From Candidatus Hydrothermales bacterium (lineage in GTDB: Bacteria; Hydrothermota; Hydrothermia; Hydrothermales; JAJRUZ01), in assembly GCA_039630575.1 (NCBI GenBank), contig JBCNUW010000001.1, positions 64,659 through 128,658 of the forward strand: a DNA stretch of 64,000 nt, read 5' to 3'. The notes beneath the pieces are model-generated. The model was not told the origin of the DNA and did not search any database. It saw only the letters and a program-made list of their open reading frames with translations. Below are positions 53,049 through 61,526 of the stretch, piece after piece (the stretch's first letter is position 1; every line of letters begins with the position of its first letter). The translations under genes and the position numbers were made by a program.

Positions 53049-53627
53049 TTACTGACCTGATGTAAGAACTATTGGAATATTTCTCTTAGAACCAAAACCA
53101 CCGATTGCATAACCTGAAGCTGCTTGTCCTGCTGCAGGTGTCCATTGTGCCGGGTTGTTTGGGTCAAGATCATATGAACCATACTGAATCATTCCAGCAT
53201 TAGCAGCATTGTAAGCTGGGTCAAAAACACCATTTCTATCGTTATCAACACCTCCAGGACCACTTTGAAAAGCATTTGTAGCAGCTCTAACAGGATTGTG
53301 AAAATCTACAGGCAGCAAAATTGGTCCAGTGGTAGTAGGCCTAAGACCAGATGCAGCTCCAGCCACTGATGTATTGTCACCCACTGGAGGGAGTCCTACA
53401 GCTTGCCTTGCTTGATCAACAGTAATAGCAAAATTTTGTGGATAAAATCCTTCTGTAGAGGTTGAGAATGCTTCTGCAGCTGTTTGTGAAGTTTTCATAT
53501 TACTCTGAACAGAAGCATCTTTTGCCTTTCCTACCATAGCAATGAAGTTGGGTATAGCTATAGCAGCAAGAATACCAATGATTACTACTACGATGAGTAG
53601 CTCTATTAAGGTAAAGCCTTTCTTCAT
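53049..53627 (-). CDS. pilA: Type IV pilin, probable major pilin
   Basis: MKKG|FTLIELLIVVVIIGILAAIAIP class III signal; own promoter, strong SD and terminator. Confidence 0.88.
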   Translation of the reverse strand: MKKGFTLIELLIVVVIIGILAAIAIPNFIAMVGKAKDASVQSNMKTSQTAAEAFSTSTEGFYPQNFAITVDQARQAVGLPPVGDNTSVAGAASGLRPTTTGPILLPVDFHNPVRAATNAFQSGPGGVDNDRNGVFDPAYNAANAGMIQYGSYDLDPNNPAQWTPAAGQAASGYAIGGFGSKRNIPIVLTSGQ

Positions 53628-53694
53628 TTTATTTTACCTCCCTTAATTTACTTTGGGATTTGAACCCTATATTCAACTTTTTTTAATTTTTTAT

Positions 53695-53710
53695 AGCAAA
53701 GTTTGTTCCA
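53695..53710 (-). promoter_or_regulatory. Sigma54 (-24/-12) promoter of the pilin gene
   Basis: TGGAACAAACTTTGCT matches GG-N10-GC. Confidence 0.8.
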
Positions 53711-53786
53711 CAATCTTGATAATTGATTTTTAAGGAATTTTAGCTTTTCCATTTTGAAATTTGCAAATTTTATTTGCATTTTGCAA

Positions 53787-54608
53787 TTATTTTTTAGGTA
53801 TTAAGGATGCTATGCTATCTCCCTTTATAAAGTAAATCCCACCAAAGGGATGGTGAGGTATACTGTTTAAATATCCTTTTTCTAAAAGTTCTTTTAAATT
53901 CTTTGGTTTATAATTTTCTCTTTTAATAAACTCTTTGAGAATTTTTGTCAAATCTCTCATATGTATTTTCATTATTGTTCTTTTAATATAGTCCTCAGCG
54001 ATTCTTTTTTCAACATCACTTTTAGCTTTTTCGTACATATAAATCCAAAGTTTTAAAGCTGTTTCAAGATCTTTTAATTTTTTATAATAAGTAAAGGCGT
54101 AGAATCTAAAACATATATCAGGTGGATTATCCTTTAAGGTAGAAATTCTAAAAAAGGTAGCTGCTTTTTTGTAATCTTTGAAAAAAACATAATTTAAAAA
54201 ACCCATCCAAAAAGGGTATTCCCATCTCTCAGGATTCTTATACATTGCTTTCATTAGGAGAGCTTCTGATTTTTCTCTATCACCTACATCACTTGCAAGA
54301 TTTACAGACCCAAATGTGTAGGCATGTAAAAATTTTTCATCAAGATCAGTAATTATATCAACAATTGAAAACATATAAGGAAATTTTCTATCAGTTTGGA
54401 GATGATGTCCATAATACTGAATAAACTGTAACCAGTAGAAATCAGAAAGGGTGTTTCTATGATCTAAGGCAAGATATTTCAAAATTTCTCCTTTTGGAAG
54501 ATACAATATCTCTTTTGCCTTTTCTTTTATTTCTCTCAACTCTTCAATTCTATAAGATAAATTTATGATCAAAAGGATTAAAAGAAAGGTATAGGTAAAT
54601 ATTTTCAT
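53787..54608 (-). CDS. Pilus-associated TPR-like protein (PilG/XapA-like)
   Basis: N-terminal TM, DxYWLxxIQY, P..LxEL...GYL..IPxxPFGG; position in the pilin-ABC cluster. Confidence 0.65.
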   Translation of the reverse strand: MKIFTYTFLLILLIINLSYRIEELREIKEKAKEILYLPKGEILKYLALDHRNTLSDFYWLQFIQYYGHHLQTDRKFPYMFSIVDIITDLDEKFLHAYTFGSVNLASDVGDREKSEALLMKAMYKNPERWEYPFWMGFLNYVFFKDYKKAATFFRISTLKDNPPDICFRFYAFTYYKKLKDLETALKLWIYMYEKAKSDVEKRIAEDYIKRTIMKIHMRDLTKILKEFIKRENYKPKNLKELLEKGYLNSIPHHPFGGIYFIKGDSIASLIPKK

Positions 54609-55372
54609 TTAAATTCTTTTCTTTCAAAAATTATTGTTGAAAGGTAAATTAGGAAAATTATGTAAACTAAACCATAAAAACTTGAGAAAATAAAATATTC
54701 CTTTCCTGGAATTCCCTCATAAACTATCTTGTTTTTAATATTGAAATGTTCAAAATTTGGCAAGATATAATAAAAGGTATAACTTAAAAACTTTAAAAGA
54801 GGGTACTTTGTAATTTCTGCAAAAAGTTTTAACGATTCAATTAGGTGCCCAATGATATAAAATAAAAAGCCAATAAATGCTGAAAAAAGAACACCTGTAA
54901 AAGTTGAAAAGAAAATTAAAAGACTAATGATAACAGAAATCTCATAAATAAATGGATAAAGTGCCACAAACATATTAAAATCGAAACGTTTATCGTTTAG
55001 CAATATAAGAAGTTGATGAAAAAATTCCATAAAAAATACATTAACTAAAACAACAGATAAAAGACCAAAGAATTTTCCTATAATTATTTCCCTTCTTCTA
55101 ACAGGTGTTGTTATGACAAGATAGATTGTTCTTTTATCCATCTCTTTATGGAGTAGAGTAGAGCCAGTTATTATTACAAGAAGAATATTAAAGAAAGTTA
55201 TAGCAGAAAGACCAAAATCCCTTAATATTTTTGACTGTTCTCCAACTGAAAGAGGATAAAGGAAAAAGGTTACAAATAACATTGTAAATCCAAAAAAAAC
55301 TATTATAAAAAATATTTTTTGTCTTGTTAATTCTTTAAAAGTGTTTTTTGATATTACAAAAATACCCTTCAT
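54605..55372 (-). CDS. ABC-2 permease (PilI-like)
   Basis: NTFKExxR, KEMDKRTIY, GKFFG, FERKEF. Confidence 0.8.
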   Translation of the reverse strand: MKGIFVISKNTFKELTRQKIFFIIVFFGFTMLFVTFFLYPLSVGEQSKILRDFGLSAITFFNILLVIITGSTLLHKEMDKRTIYLVITTPVRRREIIIGKFFGLLSVVLVNVFFMEFFHQLLILLNDKRFDFNMFVALYPFIYEISVIISLLIFFSTFTGVLFSAFIGFLFYIIGHLIESLKLFAEITKYPLLKFLSYTFYYILPNFEHFNIKNKIVYEGIPGKEYFIFSSFYGLVYIIFLIYLSTIIFERKEFK

Positions 55373-56277
55373 TTTTTCTTTAAAGTTTCAACAAACCATT
55401 CCTCAAGAGTATAAACTAAAGGGTTTATCCTTATTATTTTAACCTTTTTACCACTATGAAAAATCTTCTTTAAAATATCCTCAATTTCACTTTCATTAAC
55501 TTTTAAGATATATTCATCGCCTCTTTTTTCTAAATTAAAATCTCCATAATTTTCATCAGTAAAATTTTTCAACACTATCTCATAACTTTTAATCCTTTCT
55601 CTTAATATCTCTTCAAGAGTTCCTTCCTTTACTATAGTGCCGTTAAAAATTAGAAAGACCCTATCACAAATTTCCTCAGCATCAGAGAGAATGTGGGAAG
55701 AAAAAAATACAGTTCTTCCAAAAAGTTTTTGCTCATAAATTAAATTTTTTATCTCTCTCCTACCAATAGGATCAAGACCAGTTAAAGGCTCATCTAAAAT
55801 TAAAAGCTCTGGATCCCTTATTAAAACATTAGCTATACCAATCCTCTGAAGCATTCCCCTTGAATAAGTTCTTATACTTTTCTTTCCATGATCCTTTAAC
55901 CCGACCTTTTCAAGTAGCTTTTCAATATTGCTTTTCAATTTTTTTTTCTCTATTCCGTAAAGTTCCCCTGTAAATTCGAGAAATTCATAACCAGAAAGAT
56001 GATCATAAAAATAGGGCTGTTCAGGCAAAAAACCCATCCTTCTACGAACTTCCTCTTTGTCTGGAGTTAATCCAAAAATTTTTACAATTCCCTCATCAAA
56101 GTTTAAAAGGTTAGTTAAAATTTTAATAGTTGTAGTTTTACCAGCACCGTTTGGACCTAAAAAACCTACTATTTCACCTTTTTTAACATTAAAGGAAAGT
56201 GAATTTAAAATTTTTCTTCTTTTAAAACCTGATGAAAAGTATTTTGACAAGTTTTCAACATATATAACATTTCCCAT
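55369..56277 (-). CDS. ABC ATP-binding protein (PilH-like)
   Basis: GPNGAGKTT, FLPEQPYFY, YSRGMLQR, LDEP; start placed at ATG 56277. Confidence 0.88.
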   Translation of the reverse strand: MGNVIYVENLSKYFSSGFKRRKILNSLSFNVKKGEIVGFLGPNGAGKTTTIKILTNLLNFDEGIVKIFGLTPDKEEVRRRMGFLPEQPYFYDHLSGYEFLEFTGELYGIEKKKLKSNIEKLLEKVGLKDHGKKSIRTYSRGMLQRIGIANVLIRDPELLILDEPLTGLDPIGRREIKNLIYEQKLFGRTVFFSSHILSDAEEICDRVFLIFNGTIVKEGTLEEILRERIKSYEIVLKNFTDENYGDFNLEKRGDEYILKVNESEIEDILKKIFHSGKKVKIIRINPLVYTLEEWFVETLKKK

Positions 56278-56279
56278 TT

Positions 56280-56798
56280 TTAGGGTAAAATTAGATCTAA
56301 AGGTTTTTTGGCTCCAAAAGCACAAATAGTATACCGTACAGCAACTTCACCCTCTGATGTGGTTGATCCGTCATCTTTGTAACCTGTATAGTAAATACAC
56401 CCACTTGGAGGAATAGCTGGAGGCCCTACAGGCAAATTGTCAATTGCTTTCACATCAGGTTTAAAAGGATTCCTAAAACTTAAATGGGGCAAAAGTAGAG
56501 CCTTTTCAGAGAATGGCGGAATTCTTCTTCCATCTGCAATTGACTTTTCACCTTCCGGATCATCTGATAACTCAGGATTCACGTCTTTTACTTTTGTATC
56601 AATACCACCTGGATAGTGGCCTTTGGTAATTGTAGCGTAGATCTCAACTACAGTATGAAGTGTATGCATGTTTAATTTTAATGATGCCTCCTTAGCATTA
56701 TTAACTACTCTAATATAATTAACAACTCCTATGGCTGAAAGTATACCGATTAGAGTAACAACAATTAAAAGCTCAATCAATGTAAAGGCAAATTTCAT
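56280..56798 (-). CDS. Second pilin-like protein
   Basis: A|FTLIELLIVV; AKxASxxxNM, YP and FxNP shared with the 53049 pilin. Confidence 0.85.
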   Translation of the reverse strand: MKFAFTLIELLIVVTLIGILSAIGVVNYIRVVNNAKEASLKLNMHTLHTVVEIYATITKGHYPGGIDTKVKDVNPELSDDPEGEKSIADGRRIPPFSEKALLLPHLSFRNPFKPDVKAIDNLPVGPPAIPPSGCIYYTGYKDDGSTTSEGEVAVRYTICAFGAKKPLDLILP

Positions 56799-56829
56799 AA
56801 ATTAATTTTATGAATTAGAAAATGTAAAT

Positions 56830-58128
56830 TCAATCATAAATATTTGTAGAAACCATAACAGAATAAAAGGGAACGGGATCATAGTTTTCAAAATAAAAGA
56901 AGTTCCCCTTTAACGGATTACTATAAGAAAAAGAAATTAAAAAAGAGGAGTAAAATTTACCCTCCAAGATAATTTTTAAAAGGTAGTTTCTATCAAAAGA
57001 GTCAAAGCTTTTAATCAAATACAAAAAATAATTTTTCTCTTTGTTTTTAAAAATAAAAAATTTTAAGGAAATCGAGTAAATTTCTTTGTAAAAATCTCTA
57101 TTCCTTAACATTTTAAATTTTATAAAAAATCTCAAAAAATCAAAAAAATATAATGTATCACAGGTAAAAATTGAGAAAAAGTTTCCTGAGAGTAATTTAG
57201 GCATCTTAAATGGGTAACTTAGATAAAGATGATTTTCAGAATTAAAATATTCAAAAAGTAATAGAAAGCTACTTTTTTTATATTTAAAACTTAGATCAAA
57301 CTTTAAACCATTTCTTTTCATATTTTTTTTATCATCAAAATAATCTGTTAAAGAATCAAAACAAAAAGGAAATAAAGGCTTTTCAATAAAGTAAGAAAAT
57401 TTAAAGTGTTTAAATTTTAAACCACTTTCAAAAGTAAATCTTTTATTTTTTGATTCACTACCTATCTCAATATCAGTGAAATTGAAAAAAAGAGAGGTTT
57501 CAATCTTTAAATTATTAAAGTTTTTTTTATCCTTTGTTAGAAGAAATTTATAATTTGAAAAAGTTATTGAATAGAAAAAATGATTTAAGTTGTTACGGAA
57601 ATTTATTCCATATTTTAATTTTCTTCTCTTCGAATTTTCCTGGGAGTAAAAAATAGAAAAAGAGAGGGGGTTAAAAGTAAATTCAAATTTTTCTAACTTT
57701 TGAAAATTGTTAAAGGGATTAGCATCAAAAATTGAATATTCAAAATTTAAAGGAAAAGGGGTTAATCTAAAAAAGAAGTAATAATTATGTTTTGCAAAGT
57801 TATAATACAATTTATTTTTATGGATAGAAATAAAAATAAGGGATTTTAATTTATTTTCAAAAAGTGGAAAAAAGGAAGATACATTATTTTGTTCGGTATT
57901 AAAAGCACTTCTAAAAAGTAAAAATCTAGTAATGACACTTTGAGAATCAATTTCAACAAATTTTTGATGAAGATTTTTGTAATAGTAATTAGGTGAAAAA
58001 TCATTAATTGAATCGGTATAAAAAAAGGGAACAAAAAGGGGATTTAAAATAAAAAGAGGATTACCAGAAAAGAAGTCAGGTTCTTTAAATTCGAGAAAAT
58101 ACAAAAATATTAAAACATGAATACCCAT
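56830..58128 (-). CDS. Hypothetical Phe/Lys-rich protein, possibly an outer-membrane beta-barrel
   Basis: 432-aa ORF with alternating aromatic residues; no recognised motif. Confidence 0.5.
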   Translation of the reverse strand: MGIHVLIFLYFLEFKEPDFFSGNPLFILNPLFVPFFYTDSINDFSPNYYYKNLHQKFVEIDSQSVITRFLLFRSAFNTEQNNVSSFFPLFENKLKSLIFISIHKNKLYYNFAKHNYYFFFRLTPFPLNFEYSIFDANPFNNFQKLEKFEFTFNPLSFSIFYSQENSKRRKLKYGINFRNNLNHFFYSITFSNYKFLLTKDKKNFNNLKIETSLFFNFTDIEIGSESKNKRFTFESGLKFKHFKFSYFIEKPLFPFCFDSLTDYFDDKKNMKRNGLKFDLSFKYKKSSFLLLFEYFNSENHLYLSYPFKMPKLLSGNFFSIFTCDTLYFFDFLRFFIKFKMLRNRDFYKEIYSISLKFFIFKNKEKNYFLYLIKSFDSFDRNYLLKIILEGKFYSSFLISFSYSNPLKGNFFYFENYDPVPFYSVMVSTNIYD

Positions 58129-58185
58129 CTTTTTATTCCATAAAATTTATTTCAAGTTAACATAAGATATCTTATCTTGACTAAA

Positions 58186-58719
58186 TCAGAAGCCCTTTAC
58201 CAAAACAACAGCATCCTCTCCGTCAATCTCCTTCAACCTTACATCTATTATCTCGTCCCTCGATGTCGGTATCCTCCTACCAACATAATCAGGATGAATT
58301 GGCAACTCCCTATGACCCCTGTCTACCATCACCAATAACTCAACTTTCTTCGGCCTACCATAATCCAACAAAACATCTATCGCACACCTTATCGTCCTAC
58401 CTGTATATATCACATCATCCACTAATATTATCTTTTCATCATCAACTGAAAAAGGTATATTTGTCTCCTTAACCTCTGGCTGCTCATATAACTTCATTAA
58501 ATCATCCCTATAAAAAGTTATATCAACAGTTCCCATCTCAATAACTTTCTTTGTCCTTAACTCAAGATTCTCCTTTAATCGACCAGCAAGATAAACACCC
58601 CTTGTATGAATCCCTATTAACTTAACATCACCCTCTGGATGCCTCTCAAGAATTTCTGAACAAAGCCTCTCTATTATCATTAAAAATTTTTTAGAATCAA
58701 TCAACTTTTTTTGAATCAT
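58186..58719 (-). CDS. pyrR: Bifunctional pyr regulator / UPRTase
   Basis: GIxTRG, DITFYRDD, LVDDVIYTGRT, DRGHRELPI. Confidence 0.95.
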   Translation of the reverse strand: MIQKKLIDSKKFLMIIERLCSEILERHPEGDVKLIGIHTRGVYLAGRLKENLELRTKKVIEMGTVDITFYRDDLMKLYEQPEVKETNIPFSVDDEKIILVDDVIYTGRTIRCAIDVLLDYGRPKKVELLVMVDRGHRELPIHPDYVGRRIPTSRDEIIDVRLKEIDGEDAVVLVKGF

Positions 58720-60427
58720 CCAAAATCCCCTCCTTTAATTCAATACCCAACTCCTCAAGTTGCTCCCGATAAACTCGAGAAGGACAATTCTCAAGAAGCC
58801 CAACCCCTTGCGCTGTCTTTGGAAAAGCTATTACATCCCTTATACTTTTTTCAAATGACAAAATCATTATTATTCTGTCAAAACCAAGAGCTATACCTCC
58901 ATGAGGAGGCGCACCATAAGAAAGAGACCTCAATAAAAAACCAAACCTATCCTCTACTTCCTCCTCAGTATACCCAAGAAACCTAAAAATTTCCCTCTGC
59001 AACTCAGGATCACTTATTCTTATACTACCTGAACCAATCTCAAAACCATTTAAAACAAGATCATACGACCTTGCTCTTGCCTTCATTGGCTCCATATACC
59101 AGAAATCATCCTTTGGCATTGTAAATGGATGATGTGCCGATACAAAACATCCGTGCTCGTCCTTCTCAAATAGAGGAAAATCAGTAATCCATAAAAACTT
59201 AAATTCTTTTTTTTCATCCTCATTCTTTTTTATCTCTTCTATAACCTTTTCTCTTAACTTTTCACATAAACTTTTTATAATTTCATCCTCTCCACCAATT
59301 ACAAACCTTGTTCCCTCTCTCTTAAAACTTTCTATACTCAAAAGCTTCTTTAAAGTTCCTCTTATTTCACTTCCCTCTAAAATACCCCACATAAAAACCG
59401 ATTGTCCCTCTCTTTTAATCTCTTGAGCTAAATTATCTATAAACTTTCTTGAAAATTTAAATGGAAAAAAGATACTTTTAATATTTTTATAATTTTTAAA
59501 AACTTCTACCTGTCCAAGAATATCTTTATAATCTTCAAATTTATAATCAAACCTTAAATCAGGTTTATCCGTACCGTATAAATTTAAAACATTTTCATAA
59601 GTCATTCTATCAAAGGGTATTTTTAATTCAATTTTAAAAATTTCTTTAAATACTTGATAAAAAATTCTTTCTACACAATTAAATATATCTTCTTCAGTAA
59701 CAAAAGCCATTTCAATATCGAGTTGAGTAAACTCTGGTTGTCTGTCCTTTCTAAAATCTTCGTCTCTAAAGCATCTTGCAAATTGAAAATATCTATCAAA
59801 TTGAGAGACCATTAGAATTTGTTTATACATTTGAGGTGATTGAGTCAGTGCATAGAATTTACCTTTATGAATTCTTGAAGGAACAAGAAAATCCCTTGCA
59901 CCTTCTGGTGTACTCTTGGAAAGATAAGGAGTTTCAACCTCAATAAAACCCATTTCAATTAATGTTTTTGTAATTATGTATTTAACATTACTCCTTAATT
60001 TAAAAACTTCTTTCTTTTTTTCACTCCTTAAATCTAAAAACCTATAGAAAAGTTTTGTTTCTTCAAAAACTTCTTTTTCCTCATCTGGTAAAAAGGGGAG
60101 TGTTTTGGACTTTGAAAAAACCTCGATCTCCTTTGCTAAAACCTCAATCTCTCCTGTTTTCATTTCTGGATTTTTATCTTTCTCTGGTCTTTCTCTTACC
60201 AACCCATTGACTTTTAAAGTTGAATAAAGAGATAAACTTTTTACCTTATTTTTCAGTTCCTCGTTTTCTATCACAACCTGAACTTCCCCCTCCCTATCCT
60301 CAAGGACAAAAAATAGAATTTTTCCAATATCTCTCTTTCTTTTAAGCCACCCACAAAGGTTAACCTCTTTGCCTAAATAACCAATATTTAAATCACCACA
60401 AAAACAACTTCTCAATTCAGTTCTCAT
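58697..60427 (-). CDS. aspS: Aspartate-tRNA ligase
   Basis: STPEGARDF, QSPQ, CFRDEDxRxDRQPEF, HHPFT, PPHGG. Confidence 0.97.
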   Translation of the reverse strand: MRTELRSCFCGDLNIGYLGKEVNLCGWLKRKRDIGKILFFVLEDREGEVQVVIENEELKNKVKSLSLYSTLKVNGLVRERPEKDKNPEMKTGEIEVLAKEIEVFSKSKTLPFLPDEEKEVFEETKLFYRFLDLRSEKKKEVFKLRSNVKYIITKTLIEMGFIEVETPYLSKSTPEGARDFLVPSRIHKGKFYALTQSPQMYKQILMVSQFDRYFQFARCFRDEDFRKDRQPEFTQLDIEMAFVTEEDIFNCVERIFYQVFKEIFKIELKIPFDRMTYENVLNLYGTDKPDLRFDYKFEDYKDILGQVEVFKNYKNIKSIFFPFKFSRKFIDNLAQEIKREGQSVFMWGILEGSEIRGTLKKLLSIESFKREGTRFVIGGEDEIIKSLCEKLREKVIEEIKKNEDEKKEFKFLWITDFPLFEKDEHGCFVSAHHPFTMPKDDFWYMEPMKARARSYDLVLNGFEIGSGSIRISDPELQREIFRFLGYTEEEVEDRFGFLLRSLSYGAPPHGGIALGFDRIIMILSFEKSIRDVIAFPKTAQGVGLLENCPSRVYREQLEELGIELKEGILDDSKKVD

Positions 60428-61514
60428 TTCTTCTCCATATCAGGTAAATATCTGATTTAAAAACCTTATAATATTTAAGCTTAAAACCTTCTAAAAAATT
60501 ATCTAATTTTAAATCCTTAAGTGGTGAAATCCCGTCTCCAGCAATTTTACCAGAGCACGAAATATGTATTTCATCGAAAAGTTTCTCCTTTAAAAAAGAG
60601 GATAAGACAGTGCTTCCACCTTCAACTAAAAGAGAAACTACATTCATTTCGTAAAGTTTCTTAACAAAATTACTTAAATTTACTCTATTTTTACCCTTTA
60701 TTTTAAGAATAAAATCTGAGTAATTACCTTCATAATCTTCTGAGACAACTAAAATACCTTTTTCCTCTTTAAAGAATTCGCTTTCAAAATGTTCAAATTT
60801 ATCCTTACCCCATATTATAAATCTAAAGGGCTTTCTAAATGAAAATACGTTTCTTGGTGTTAATTTTGGGTTATCCTTTAAGAAAGTTCCTTTTCCTACA
60901 AGAATTGCATCGTAATTTCCCCTCAGATAGTGAACAAATTCTCTTTCCTCTTCACTTGATATCCATTTTGAAGTCCCATCCTTTAGGGCAATTTTCCCAT
61001 CGATTGTCATGGCAAACTTTAGTGTTATATAGGGTCTTTTTTTTATCTTATATGTAAGATAGAACCTATTTATTTCCTCACACTCTTCTTTAAGCACTCC
61101 TAATCTAATTTTTATATTATTTTTTTTTAGATATTCAATCCCTTTTCCATTCACTCTCTCATCTGGATCGATACACCCTATAATAACTTCTTTAATTTTT
61201 TTTTCAACAATATATGTAGCACAAGGTGGTGTTCTTCCGTAGTGAATACAGGGTTCAAGATTTATATACAAAGTGGCACCGTCAATTTCTGGAGGCATAT
61301 AATCAAGAGCCATCCTTTCAGCATGTTTAGTTCCAGGACCCATATGGTAACCAATAGATAAAATCCTTTTGTCTTTAACAACAAGAGCCCCCACCATTGG
61401 ATTAGGTGATACTCTTCCCTCTCCCAACTTAGCCAATTCTAAAACTTTGCTCATATAATATTCATCTTCGTTTAAAAGAAACTTTTCTTGGTTTTTAAAA
61501 TCAAAAATATTCAC
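60417..61514 (-). CDS. ribD: Riboflavin biosynthesis deaminase/reductase
   Basis: PNPMVG, HAE, LEPCxHxGRTPPC, DNPxL, VEGG. Confidence 0.95.
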   Translation of the reverse strand: MNIFDFKNQEKFLLNEDEYYMSKVLELAKLGEGRVSPNPMVGALVVKDKRILSIGYHMGPGTKHAERMALDYMPPEIDGATLYINLEPCIHYGRTPPCATYIVEKKIKEVIIGCIDPDERVNGKGIEYLKKNNIKIRLGVLKEECEEINRFYLTYKIKKRPYITLKFAMTIDGKIALKDGTSKWISSEEEREFVHYLRGNYDAILVGKGTFLKDNPKLTPRNVFSFRKPFRFIIWGKDKFEHFESEFFKEEKGILVVSEDYEGNYSDFILKIKGKNRVNLSNFVKKLYEMNVVSLLVEGGSTVLSSFLKEKLFDEIHISCSGKIAGDGISPLKDLKLDNFLEGFKLKYYKVFKSDIYLIWRRNEN

Positions 61515-61526
61515 ATTTTATAAAGC

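Noticed and set aside
53049..53627. Conductive e-pilin
   Set aside because: Full-length 192-aa pilin rather than the short Geobacter type; aromatic density not obviously high and not computed
58129..58760. PyrR-type attenuator
   Set aside because: pyrR overlaps aspS with no leader, and no pyr genes follow
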